DNA of 62,578 bases, filler included, from Nitrospirae bacterium CG2_30_53_67 (GCA_001873285.1; 7 parts of 7 records of this genome joined end to end with filler, not necessarily neighbours in it); one strand, 5' to 3'. Shown: positions 40,074 to 50,184, counted from the first letter of the whole stretch. Notes: generated by a model not told the origin, from the letters alone. Numbers and translations: made by a program.

Positions 40074-40314
40074 TGAAAGCCGAGATTCCCTGCGGATCCT
40101 TGCGCGAGTTGATCGGAGGCAGATCGCCTATCTGAATGCCGTCTTGGAGTCCTATGAGGGACTGGGTCTCCTGCGGACGCTGAACCCGGCTGAAGGGATC
40201 GTTTGTTTCTATGTCTCAAACCCCCTCTCAGAAGAAACCCATGCGCTTCTTCAGTCCTTACAGAAAGAGATCGGTCTTGAATTTTGTGTATCATCATTCC
40301 ATGGATGCCTTTAA
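40060..40314 (+). CDS. Small conserved protein (DUF4911-like)
   Basis: IAYLNAVLESYEGLGLLRTL; overlaps the accA stop and the next start. Confidence 0.65.
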
Positions 40315-41098
40315 AGCCGCTCTTCTGGTCACGCTTTTTTTCTTCATGTTCCCCGTCCGGGTTTCGGGAGAGAACAGTTGTGTGAAGTGCCATGAAGGTA
40401 TAGAAAATCCGGCCATCAGGGAATTTCATAAGGAATGGAAGGCGTCTGCACATTCCCGTTCAGGGATCACCTGTGAGCACTGTCATGGCGGGGATCCGGG
40501 GAAGAGCGGGAAGGAGGCCGCTCACCAAGGTGTTCACAATGCGTTGGATCGTGAAAGCTCTGTCTATTATACGAAGATTCCAGCCCTTTGCGGAGGGTGC
40601 CACATCGCCGCCTTCAGTGAATTCAAAACAAGCAGCCATTACAGCAACCTTATCACCAAGGGGACCGGCCCCAATTGCGTGACCTGCCATGATGCCATGG
40701 CCACGAAGATCATCAAACCGGGTGAGATTGAGATCTTTTGCGCGCTGTGCCATAATGCGAAGATGAGTCTGCTTCCGGGTGTCACAAAAGACGCCAAGAC
40801 CTGCCTGGAACGGATGGACCTGATCGGGCAGAAGATTCAGGAGGTAGAAAGGGCCCTGGCGCAGGCGGAAAAAAGCGGAACCGATACCACCCAGGCCAGG
40901 GGATTTCTCTCCCTGGCCGGGCGTGAATATGCCGCCTCTAAACAGGACTGGCACAGCTTTCAGTTGAACCGTGTCGCATCCCGCCTCAAGGGGGTGGAAC
41001 GGCTTGTGCAAAAGGCAGGGGATTCATTCATCCGCCCCAAAGAAGATCGGACTGACTCCTATGAAAATTCTGCAGTTCCTGCAGCGCCTATCCATTAA
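40301..41098 (+). CDS. Exported pentaheme cytochrome c with C-terminal helical bundle
   Basis: Signal peptide; CVKCH, CEHCH, CGGCH, CVTCH, CALCH. Confidence 0.88.
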   Translation: MDAFKAALLVTLFFFMFPVRVSGENSCVKCHEGIENPAIREFHKEWKASAHSRSGITCEHCHGGDPGKSGKEAAHQGVHNALDRESSVYYTKIPALCGGCHIAAFSEFKTSSHYSNLITKGTGPNCVTCHDAMATKIIKPGEIEIFCALCHNAKMSLLPGVTKDAKTCLERMDLIGQKIQEVERALAQAEKSGTDTTQARGFLSLAGREYAASKQDWHSFQLNRVASRLKGVERLVQKAGDSFIRPKEDRTDSYENSAVPAAPIH

Positions 41099-43175
41099 TG
41101 CCAAGGTCGGCCTGGCCTACCTGGGGTTTGTGATCATCACCAGCGGCGCAGGGAGCCTGCTGGTTGTCTACAATGAAAAGGCGGTCATCCGGCAGGGGCA
41201 CATCGACCTGGTCCGGAACCTTGCAGAAAACACCCAGCCGGTCCTTCTGGTCGAACACAGGATGATGCTGAACCGGCTGGTCCAGACCGTCGGGAAGATG
41301 CCTGATGTGCGGTCCTGCGCCATCATGAACAAAAACAACCTGGTGGTGGCCCATACGGATATGGCCATGATCGGGCGGATACTTCTGATCGGCGAACCTG
41401 CCATAGGATCCTTTAAAAAGAACGAATATTATTTTGAGGTCTTTGGTAAGCAGTTCGAGAATATCTATGTTCCGGTTTACAGTTCCGACCGATATCTCGG
41501 GAATGTTTTTGTAGGGTTCGATGCCCCCAGCTTTGTGCGCCTGTTCCGACAGCCCGGTCGGGCTGCCATTGAAAGCATCCTGATTGTCATTCTTTCTACG
41601 GCCTTGCTGGGGCTGATCGGGGCGTTTATTATCGTCAGGCTCATATCCTATCCCATCCGCGTCCTGACCAAGAAGGTTTACAACGTTCATCAGGGCAAGA
41701 TCCCCGAAAGGCGCTTGCCCAAGAGCTACGTCTACTGCTGGGAACAATTAGACTGTAAGCAAGTCCAATGCCCCTCTTACGGGAACAAGGCGGAGAAATG
41801 CTGGGCCGTTGCCGGGACCTTCTGCAGGGGAAAGGTGCAGGGGGTCTTCGCCCAGAAGATAGGGGACTGCAGAAAGTGCATTATTTTTAAAAAGAATGCC
41901 GGAGATGAAGTAGCCCAGCTTAACGATGCATTCGACATCATGGTTCGGGACTTGGTCTATAATACCGAGAAGGCGAATGAGGCCAGGGAAGATATAGAAA
42001 AGTATGCCAGGCAGATTGAAAAGGCCAACCAGGAGAACGCCGACCTCAAGGCCTATACCGAGAGAATTCTCAACAGCCTATCATCCGCCGTGATCTCCCT
42101 GGATAAAGACATGGTCATCAGGAAATACAACCGGACCGCTCAATCCCTTCTGGGGTTGGACCTCGAAAGGCTTGTGGGGCGGGGTATCTCGGAGATCACC
42201 CAATTTTGCAGCCGGTGCAATGACTTTTTCGGTTTGATACTGGCGGCATTGGCAACCTATAAAGAACAAGGAAAACCGATCATCGGGCAAGAGGTTTCCG
42301 TGACCAGGGCCGACGGGGAACCCATGACCATCAGCCTGAGCGTGCTTCCTCTTCATGGAGATCCGGCGCTTGAAAAGACCCCGATGATCGTGACCTTTGA
42401 AGACATTACGGAAAAGGAAAAGATGCGGGAGGAGCTGACGCTCTCGAGGCAGCTTGCCGAGCTGGGGGAGGTGGCGGCCAAGGTGGCGCATGACATCCGG
42501 AACCCCCTGAATGTCATTGCCGGCGGGGTTCATTACCTCACGTCCAAGTATTTAAACGATCCGGAGATCCAGAATATGTCCAACCTGATCAGCGGCCAGG
42601 TGGAGCGGTTGAACAGTGTGACATCGGCCCTGCTGAAGGTCTCCAAACCCATGATGCCGAATTTCAATGTGTGTGATCTGAACCGTTTGATAGACGAGTC
42701 CAGCTCTTTCCTTCTGGAGGAGATCAACCTGGCCGGGCTCATTCTAAAAAAGGATTATGCAAAGGATATCCCTCCTTTGTTCCTGGACGCCAATCAGATC
42801 CAACGGGTCGTGATCAATCTGATTGAAAACGCCATGGAGTCCATGCCCGGCGGGGGGACCATTACCCTCAGGACACGGTACCTGCAGAATGAAGGGAAAT
42901 CGGACGAACAGGTGGAGCTGACCGTCCTGGATACAGGGCCCGGGATTTCCGATGAGATCATGGATTCGGCATTCAAACCTTTTTACACCACCAAGGTCCA
43001 TGGAACCGGACTCGGTCTTGCCATTGTCAGGCAGATCATCACGCAGCACCATGGCCAGGCCAGAATCAGGAGAAGAGAGCCCGGGCCGGGCGCCGAGGTC
43101 TTGATCCTTCTTCCCGTCAAGACTGTACAGAAGGATAGGTCCCATGTCTATTCATCAAAGCGTCCTTGTGATTGA
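41061..43175 (+). CDS. Sensor histidine kinase: periplasmic domain, HAMP with 7-Cys (two-CW type) insert, PAS, HisKA, HATPase
   Basis: Two TMs; PIRVLT...[CWEQLDC...C...CW..AGTFC...CRKC]...DEVAQLNDAFDIM; AHDIRNPL; GTGLGL. Confidence 0.9.
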   Translation: MKILQFLQRLSINAKVGLAYLGFVIITSGAGSLLVVYNEKAVIRQGHIDLVRNLAENTQPVLLVEHRMMLNRLVQTVGKMPDVRSCAIMNKNNLVVAHTDMAMIGRILLIGEPAIGSFKKNEYYFEVFGKQFENIYVPVYSSDRYLGNVFVGFDAPSFVRLFRQPGRAAIESILIVILSTALLGLIGAFIIVRLISYPIRVLTKKVYNVHQGKIPERRLPKSYVYCWEQLDCKQVQCPSYGNKAEKCWAVAGTFCRGKVQGVFAQKIGDCRKCIIFKKNAGDEVAQLNDAFDIMVRDLVYNTEKANEAREDIEKYARQIEKANQENADLKAYTERILNSLSSAVISLDKDMVIRKYNRTAQSLLGLDLERLVGRGISEITQFCSRCNDFFGLILAALATYKEQGKPIIGQEVSVTRADGEPMTISLSVLPLHGDPALEKTPMIVTFEDITEKEKMREELTLSRQLAELGEVAAKVAHDIRNPLNVIAGGVHYLTSKYLNDPEIQNMSNLISGQVERLNSVTSALLKVSKPMMPNFNVCDLNRLIDESSSFLLEEINLAGLILKKDYAKDIPPLFLDANQIQRVVINLIENAMESMPGGGTITLRTRYLQNEGKSDEQVELTVLDTGPGISDEIMDSAFKPFYTTKVHGTGLGLAIVRQIITQHHGQARIRRREPGPGAEVLILLPVKTVQKDRSHVYSSKRPCD

Positions 43176-44472
43176 CGATGAACCGGCCATCCTGGAGGTT
43201 ATGCGGTTAAACCTCGCCAAGGAAGGTTATCAGGTCCTGACCGCGGCGTCAGGGGAGGAGGGTCTCGCCATGCTCTCCGAGAAGCTCGTGGATGTGGTGA
43301 TCGTGGATTATAAAATGCCCGGGATGAACGGGATCGACTTTCTGGAAAAGGCAAAAGTTAGGCGCCAGGATATCCCGGTCATTCTGGCCACGGCCTATGG
43401 GACCATCGACATGGCGGTCAAGGCCATGAAGCTCGGGGCATACAACTACCTAACCAAGCCGTTGAATTATGAGGAGATGATTCTGCTCCTCAAGCAGGCC
43501 GTAGAGAAGAAGCGCCTGGTGGAGAATGTGAAGGAACTGCGGAAGGAAGTCCGTGAGCAGTTCCGTTTTGAAAAGATCATCACCAACAACAAAAAAATGC
43601 TGGAACTGCTCGACATGGCGGCGCATGTCGCTGAAACCGATGCGACCCTGCTCATCCGAGGGGAGACCGGAACAGGCAAGGAACTGATTGCCGGCGCCGT
43701 TCACTACATGAGCCCTCGAGGGGACAAGCCGTTTTTAAAGGTGAACTGTACGGCGCTTCCGGTGACCCTTTTAGAAACCGAGCTGTTCGGGCATGTGAAA
43801 GGCGCCTTCACGGGGGCATCGAGGGACCGGAAAGGACGATTCGAGGCCGCAGACGGGGGCACGCTCTTTCTCGACGAGATCGGAGACATCTCACAGAATA
43901 TGCAGCTCAAGCTCCTCCGGGTTCTGCAGGAGATGGAGTTTGAAAAGCTCGGAAGCAACGAAACCCTGAAGGTGGATGTCAGGGTCATCGTCTCCACGAA
44001 CCGGAACCTTGAGGAAGCCATCCGGAAGGGCTCGTTCCGGGAGGATCTCTTTTTCCGCCTCAATGTAGTCCCGATCTTTATCCCTCCTCTCCGGGAGAGA
44101 AAAGACGATATTTACCTGCTGGCCAACCATTTTCTTGAGAGGTCCAACAAAAAACATAAGAAAGAGATCCATGTCATCCCATCTGAAGTGATGCTGACCC
44201 TGCTGAACTATGACTGGCCCGGGAACGTTCGGGAGCTCGAGAACGTCATAGAGCGGGCGGTCATTCTTTCCAAAGGAGATGCTCTCGATGTGGCGCACTT
44301 TAAGGTTCTTGCCGGCGCTGTGCAGGCGAGGAAGAAGAGCGAAAGGGAGATCCTGATGGAACTGGAAGAAAAATATGCAGGCTTTCCCAACACCCTCGAA
44401 ATGATCGCCAAAGATCTTGGGATCAATGCTTCGACCCTGTATCGCAAAAGAAAAAAGTATGGCCTGGCCTGA
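43144..44472 (+). CDS. NtrC/ZraR-family sigma-54-dependent response regulator
   Basis: REC domain, GETGTGKE, GAFTGA, WPGNVREL, LGINASTLYRK HTH. Confidence 0.95.
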   Translation: MSIHQSVLVIDDEPAILEVMRLNLAKEGYQVLTAASGEEGLAMLSEKLVDVVIVDYKMPGMNGIDFLEKAKVRRQDIPVILATAYGTIDMAVKAMKLGAYNYLTKPLNYEEMILLLKQAVEKKRLVENVKELRKEVREQFRFEKIITNNKKMLELLDMAAHVAETDATLLIRGETGTGKELIAGAVHYMSPRGDKPFLKVNCTALPVTLLETELFGHVKGAFTGASRDRKGRFEAADGGTLFLDEIGDISQNMQLKLLRVLQEMEFEKLGSNETLKVDVRVIVSTNRNLEEAIRKGSFREDLFFRLNVVPIFIPPLRERKDDIYLLANHFLERSNKKHKKEIHVIPSEVMLTLLNYDWPGNVRELENVIERAVILSKGDALDVAHFKVLAGAVQARKKSEREILMELEEKYAGFPNTLEMIAKDLGINASTLYRKRKKYGLA

Positions 44473-44491
44473 TTCACGCCCTGCCCGGAGA

Positions 44492-44697
44492 TTGCATTTT
44501 GCACGATTCATAGGAAAAGTTTTTCCCACACATGATCCTCTCAGAATTGGATTCCGATAAGATTCTCGCCTTTTATAGGATAATCTCCGTTTGAAAATTG
44601 TATCCGAAACATCAATGGGTTAAGCAGCAGGACCTGGATGTTTGCAAAAATGGATGCCGTCATTGTAATCTTTTGGGCTTAGGAAAAGTTTTTCCTA
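44492..44697. promoter_or_regulatory. Candidate upstream activator sites (two near-palindromes)
   Basis: TAGGAAAAGTTTTTCCCA (44511-44528) and TAGGAAAAGTTTTTCCTA (44680-44697), each preceded by a TTGCA motif. Confidence 0.65.
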
Positions 44698-44828
44698 ATT
44701 ATTACATGAATATATTCTTGATCCATTGATATTTTTAAACCCCTTCATGCCCCTGCGCTAATAAAATTATAGAGCATTTTCAAGACATTGAAAAGATATG
44801 CAGACCCCAGGTCCGCCCGCCTCCATTT

Positions 44829-44845
44829 TTGGCACAGGTTTTGCT
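44829..44845 (+). promoter_or_regulatory. sigma-54 -24/-12 promoter
   Basis: TTGGCACAGGTTTTGCT matches TGGCAC-N5-TTGCW. Confidence 0.88.
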
Positions 44846-44900
44846 CTATGAGTTTATAGATTATAAACATTATAGATCCGTTTGATGCCCGGGCCGATGA

Positions 44901-46736
44901 ATGAAACGTTGTGTCATGGTTTTAGTGATGTTCTCATTTCTACTGAACGCCGGGAATCTTCATGCAGTACAGTATCTGTTGAGAATCACGGATGCCCCCT
45001 ATCCGGCAGATACTAATTTCGGCGCCGATACCCTTCTTGCGGATGACGGTTTTTATCCGAGTTCGGGCCTTTCCCTGGGTTTCAACTTCCCCTTTTATTG
45101 CAGCACGTATAACAAAATCTATATTGACGTGAACGGATTTATTACCCTGGGGTCCAAGTCCTCCGGACAATACGACGACACCGATAACCAGACCTTCCCT
45201 CTCTACGATAACGCCGGTTCCAACCCGGAATTTTACAGCATCCCGATGATCGCGCCCTTCTGGTCTGATGTGATCACCGAGCACAGCACCGACCCGGACG
45301 TGATCGCCTATGAAAATGCCATAGGCAGGCCCGGCAGCCAGAGACATGGACAAATCCGGTATCGTCTCGACTCCGTCTCTTCTCCGAAAAGGGTGATCGT
45401 GACCTGGAATGATGTCTTTCATTATCGGGATGCCGCATGGGGGGACGACAACACCACCGGGAATAATTTTCAGCTCGTCCTGTATGCAGACGGCCGTATC
45501 CAGTTCAATTACGGGGCCATGGGGTGGCGGGGGTTCAATGCGCCCTATCAGAGGATGGCGACCATCGGCATTTATTCTGCCGATCACGCGGCCGGAAGCC
45601 CCTGCGAGGGACAGGCCGCGCCGTACGATATCTTCTATCCCGAGGACAATCAGGTATCAGGAAAAGAGCTTCTCTATCTCATGGATACGGATGAAGATGA
45701 TATCCCTGACGATGGAGATGCATCGGGTGCGGCCGGAGACCATCTCTGCAGGCGCCCGGTGGTGGACAACTGCGACGACAATTGCCGGGATGTCATGAAT
45801 TTCGATCAGGATGATACGGACGGGGACGGGGTGGGAGACCTCTGCGACAGCGACGATGACAACGACGGTGTCCCGGATGTATCCGACAACTGCCCTCTCG
45901 CGGCAAATCCGAGCCAGACCCATTCGGATGCCGACACCCATGGGGACGCCTGCGACAACTGTGTGACGGTTGCCAATGAAGATCAACTGGACACGGACGG
46001 AGACGGACAGGGAGATGCCTGTGATTCCGATGATGATAACGACGGTGTTCCGGACGGTTCGGATAACTGCCCGGTTACAACCAATCCTTCCCAGGCCAAT
46101 TATGATCAGGATAGCATGGGGGACATCTGTGACCCGGATGCGGACAATGACGGTCTCAGCAATATCAGTGAGAACCAGTGGCCCTACACCAACTGGCTGG
46201 ACCCGGATACGGACCACGACCACTATACGGACTGGGAAGAGTTTAATCATGACGGGAACCCGGCATATTCTTTCTTTCTCGACACCGATCCGAACAATCC
46301 GGATTGCGACGGCGACGGGCTTCTGGACGGGGATGAGGCGCATATCTTCGGGACCAACCCCAAAAGAGCGGATACGGATGCAAACGGGGTCCCTGATGGA
46401 CAGGAAGATTTCGATCATGACGGGCTCGTTAACGTAGATGAGATCGCCGTGGGGACCAACCCCTGGAATCCGGATTCGGATAACGACGGCCTGATGGATG
46501 GGGCGGATCCATGGCCTTTGGATATCAATTACCGGGACGGAGATCTGGACGCCTCCGGGTCCGTGGATGCAGCGGATGCCTTGATTGCCATGCGTATTGC
46601 ATCCGGTTTGATAACGGCCACCACCGTGCAACTCCAGCACGGCGACGTGACTCCCATGGGGGCGCCGGACGGCATGATCGATATCTCGGATGCCTTGATG
46701 GTGATGAGAAAAGCCATGGGACTGGTTGCCTTTTAG
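44901..46736 (+). CDS. Secreted protein: nidogen-like domain, thrombospondin type 3 Ca-binding repeats, dockerin-like C-terminus
   Basis: Signal peptide; LGFNFPFY..YNKIYIDVNGFIT, IAPFWSD, FQLVLY; repeated DTDGDGVGDLCD/DNCP; GDLDASGSVDAADALIAMR duplicated as DGMIDISDALMVMR. Confidence 0.85.
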   Translation: MKRCVMVLVMFSFLLNAGNLHAVQYLLRITDAPYPADTNFGADTLLADDGFYPSSGLSLGFNFPFYCSTYNKIYIDVNGFITLGSKSSGQYDDTDNQTFPLYDNAGSNPEFYSIPMIAPFWSDVITEHSTDPDVIAYENAIGRPGSQRHGQIRYRLDSVSSPKRVIVTWNDVFHYRDAAWGDDNTTGNNFQLVLYADGRIQFNYGAMGWRGFNAPYQRMATIGIYSADHAAGSPCEGQAAPYDIFYPEDNQVSGKELLYLMDTDEDDIPDDGDASGAAGDHLCRRPVVDNCDDNCRDVMNFDQDDTDGDGVGDLCDSDDDNDGVPDVSDNCPLAANPSQTHSDADTHGDACDNCVTVANEDQLDTDGDGQGDACDSDDDNDGVPDGSDNCPVTTNPSQANYDQDSMGDICDPDADNDGLSNISENQWPYTNWLDPDTDHDHYTDWEEFNHDGNPAYSFFLDTDPNNPDCDGDGLLDGDEAHIFGTNPKRADTDANGVPDGQEDFDHDGLVNVDEIAVGTNPWNPDSDNDGLMDGADPWPLDINYRDGDLDASGSVDAADALIAMRIASGLITATTVQLQHGDVTPMGAPDGMIDISDALMVMRKAMGLVAF

Positions 46737-46877
46737 AAAGCGGTATCGGAAGTAACGGAAGTAACAGATGGAACTTTTCACACAAATCCAGTGGAAAGGG
46801 GGTGTAATCAGACATTCATAATTCGTTTATTTATCAATGAAGCATTCACTAACGTAATGATTTGAATGGAGGTATTT

Positions 46878-49800
46878 ATGAAAAAGTTATTGAGAATGTC
46901 GGCCTTATTTTTGCTTATGGCGGGCATGGCCGTGATCTATCCTGCCACCGGCTTCAGCAAGCCGGGTGGAGGCGGCGGAGGCCACGGCGGCGGCGGGAAA
47001 ACCGCCACCCCGCCCAAGAACGCCTTCAACATCATGATGAACTACGAGCTGGGGATGCACTGCACGGGATTTGAGTTCTCCTACTGCTGTATCCTCCCTC
47101 CGTACAATTCGATCCTGGCCCAGGTGGTCAAGACCGAGAAGGCGGGGGGCAAGCCCAAGCTCATGGAATCCGACCCCAACGTAGGGATCGACGGTCTGGG
47201 CCGGCCGACCGTGGTGCGGGATACCGCATTGGACGGGAACGGGAACTTTAAGAAATACGTTCTTAAATACTGGCACGATGCCCAGCCCAGAAACGACGGC
47301 CGAGGGGCGCCGCAGACCAGCACCCTGATCAGCCAGGTGGAGGGGAACTCCCTCCTGATGTGGAACACCAAATTTGACTCAGCAAAAGTTGATGCCAACG
47401 GCGCCCTGACTTACGGGACCTATAACGGCGCAACCGGCGTCATGCAAGGCGATGGGGATTACACGGACGCCACGGACAACTATGCCAACGCCTGGATGAA
47501 CCATCTCTACATCTATGCGGACCTGGAGGGCGGCAACCCGGCGAACTCCAGCCTGGAAGGGGATAAGATCCGTCTCGGTGTGGCGGGCCACGTGCAGTAT
47601 CCTCCGAACGTGGGCGCCTCGCTTCAGCCCATGGGTCCAGGCGTCGTGGGCGCAGGTTTCGGCAACGTGCTGACCTTTTCCAAGGACTCAGGGACCGTGG
47701 TCTACACCCAGATGAAGGTTTTGGAAAATCTTCCGGTCATGTTGACCTCGCCCCGGATCTGGGAGGCGTTGGGCCTTCCTCTGACCCCGTTTGAGGACAC
47801 CATCAATTTCTTCGGTGATCCCGGGGCCGTGGACGAGGATTCAATCCGGCCCTATGTGTTCATGCGCGCCGAGCTTCAGGACTATAATACCGGCGCGGCC
47901 ATACTCGATGACGGGAACCCGGTGCGCGGCTTCGGGACGGCGCCCATTGATATCCCGAACTGCGAGCGCTGCCACGCCACATTCAGCAGTGTGAACAGCG
48001 CCAACCCCGTAGGCTCGCCCCAGTATGCCCTGGTCATGGATGAGATCAACTTCTGGAACTGCTACTACGGGATCAACACTGCGGCCGGGGACTCGGACTG
48101 GTATTCGAGACTCAAGGGAGCGGCCATCAGTATTTTGAAGATCCACGACATGAAGCGCGGGACCTCATTTACGGCGAATTTCCCGGCAACCACCATCAAC
48201 TGCGCCACGGGCGAGCTCTCCGGGGACACGAGCGACATCGTACAGAAGACCCGGCTCGGTCATGAGGCCGTGGTCTGCCAGCGCTGCCATGCGGACAACG
48301 TGATTGCCGCGGTCAAGTCGGCCAATATAGGGCAGGAGATGGTGGATAACGGTTCAGATATAGATCCGTCCCAACTGGGCGCGTTGATTCGGCCCCTGAC
48401 TGAGGTCATCCACCGCGAACACAGGAACAGGGAGTTTTCAGACTCCCTGGGGAGGAACGGAGGCTGTCAGGGCTGCCATCCCTCTCACCGGTCCGACGGA
48501 TCCTTGGACAATTATCCCATCACACAGGACGGGATGAACTTCTTTGCAGGGAGCGATAACCGGAACGCCGCAGGCGGATGCTATGTGGGCCGCGACGTGC
48601 ATTCCAATCCCGGAAGAAATACCGACGGCGCCGAGACCCCGAGTCATCTGAATCCCATCGGCCAGTGGCTGGTGACCAATGTGGCCAAGGACACGGGGAC
48701 CGACAAGGGGATCTGGTGCACCAACTGCCACAGCCAGTTGGGTCAGGAACTCTGGAAAAAGGATAATATGAGCGACCCGATCCACGGGGTCGGCGTTTAC
48801 ACGGCCCGGAACGAGTCGTTCCCCGCAGGTGTGGCGGCTGCCCTTGGTGTCTCGGAGGCCCAGACCATTGCCTGGCTCGATCCCAAGACCAATGCGGATA
48901 CGGCGGCGATCTGGAACCGGGATCCGGGACTCTGCAACTACGTTGCGGGATACTTCGGCGTCATTCCGGTCAATCCCGATCATGACGGGAATGTAGCCAC
49001 CGTCGAGGTTCAGGTGAACAGCGCGTCAGCATGCACCACAGGCGGCGGCACGGGCCTGATTGACTGCGGCGCTGACTACCCGGGCGCTCCCGCTTTCTAT
49101 ATCTGCGGTTCCACGGATGCGGACGGGGATTTCAGCGTGAAGGTCTTGGACTTCTGCACCACGTCCGACTGCGTGGCGGCGGCCCAGGCAACCCTGCCTT
49201 CCGGCTCCGTGGCCGTGCCGGTGCCTTTCTCGGCTGCCTCGGACGGACGGGACCACTGGCTGGCCGGGGGCGAGCCCCACTGTGCGGACTGCCATGCGGC
49301 GCCATACGTGGAGAACAGCGGGAACAACAACCCCTTTCCGCCGTTCAACTACCCGAAAAAGCCGGCCCTGTTCCGCTACACCCGAGGGCATCAGGACATC
49401 ACCTGCCAGGGGTGTCATGAGTCGATTCACGGGCTCTATCCGGTCACCCCGAACATCGACACCACGTCCTATGCCCAGGCGGCCGGCATGAACACGGACG
49501 GCTCCCACGGACCGCTCAAGTGCGGGGCCTGTCATAAGGCGAACAGTAGTGGCGTAGATAGTGCCGTGGCTAATCTGACATTCCAGGGAACAGCGATTGC
49601 CAACAACTTCGATGCGGCGGTCTCCTGGATGCACACCTACACGGAGGAGTCGGACCCACGTGACAGCACCTGCCTGCGCTGCCATGGAGACAACCGGTCC
49701 AAGATTTCTTCCACCAATGGGAAATGGACGACCCATGCCAAATCAGGCCGCGTCTCCAGAAAGACCATGGACAAGGTGGAGATCCTGCAGCTGGGCCATG

Positions 49801-49985
49801 TGTCCGGCGACCCTGCCTTTGAGAGTCCGTATACAACCCTGTGCAAGACCTGTCACGGAGACCGGGGCAACAGGGTTTCCTGCAGCAGCAAAAAATGGAA
49901 AAACCATCTTGTGGAAGGGCGTGCCTCTGCCTCTGTCTGGGAGTATGTCTCAGGACAGAAGACCGGAGGAACCTGCGGGTACTGA
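46878..49985 (+). CDS. Large exported multiheme cytochrome c (9 CxxCH, about 1035 aa)
   Basis: GGAGG RBS, signal peptide, Gly linker, ELGMHC...LPPYN N-domain; CERCH, CQRCH, CQGCH, CTNCH, CADCH, CQGCH, CGACH, CLRCH, CKTCH. Confidence 0.9.
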   Translation: MKKLLRMSALFLLMAGMAVIYPATGFSKPGGGGGGHGGGGKTATPPKNAFNIMMNYELGMHCTGFEFSYCCILPPYNSILAQVVKTEKAGGKPKLMESDPNVGIDGLGRPTVVRDTALDGNGNFKKYVLKYWHDAQPRNDGRGAPQTSTLISQVEGNSLLMWNTKFDSAKVDANGALTYGTYNGATGVMQGDGDYTDATDNYANAWMNHLYIYADLEGGNPANSSLEGDKIRLGVAGHVQYPPNVGASLQPMGPGVVGAGFGNVLTFSKDSGTVVYTQMKVLENLPVMLTSPRIWEALGLPLTPFEDTINFFGDPGAVDEDSIRPYVFMRAELQDYNTGAAILDDGNPVRGFGTAPIDIPNCERCHATFSSVNSANPVGSPQYALVMDEINFWNCYYGINTAAGDSDWYSRLKGAAISILKIHDMKRGTSFTANFPATTINCATGELSGDTSDIVQKTRLGHEAVVCQRCHADNVIAAVKSANIGQEMVDNGSDIDPSQLGALIRPLTEVIHREHRNREFSDSLGRNGGCQGCHPSHRSDGSLDNYPITQDGMNFFAGSDNRNAAGGCYVGRDVHSNPGRNTDGAETPSHLNPIGQWLVTNVAKDTGTDKGIWCTNCHSQLGQELWKKDNMSDPIHGVGVYTARNESFPAGVAAALGVSEAQTIAWLDPKTNADTAAIWNRDPGLCNYVAGYFGVIPVNPDHDGNVATVEVQVNSASACTTGGGTGLIDCGADYPGAPAFYICGSTDADGDFSVKVLDFCTTSDCVAAAQATLPSGSVAVPVPFSAASDGRDHWLAGGEPHCADCHAAPYVENSGNNNPFPPFNYPKKPALFRYTRGHQDITCQGCHESIHGLYPVTPNIDTTSYAQAAGMNTDGSHGPLKCGACHKANSSGVDSAVANLTFQGTAIANNFDAAVSWMHTYTEESDPRDSTCLRCHGDNRSKISSTNGKWTTHAKSGRVSRKTMDKVEILQLGHVSGDPAFESPYTTLCKTCHGDRGNRVSCSSKKWKNHLVEGRASASVWEYVSGQKTGGTCGY

Positions 49986-50033
49986 TGATTGGTCGGCAAG
50001 TATCGTAGTGTGTCTGTAAAGTGAGCAAACCGG

Positions 50034-50067
50034 AAACGGGGGGGAAGATCCTTCCCCTCCGTTTTTT
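50034..50067 (+). terminator. Intrinsic terminator
   Basis: AAACGGGGGGGAAG-ATC-CTTCCCCTCCG-TTTTTT. Confidence 0.75.
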
Positions 50068-50184
50068 ATACTGGATTGTCGGGTCGGGCCTGTCCTCCAA
50101 TCCCCCGATCCGGTCTGAGGGCAGGCATTTTTGTCGCAGGCCCTTTTTCCCCGATTCAATGGACAACGCAAGGATTTTGATGGT

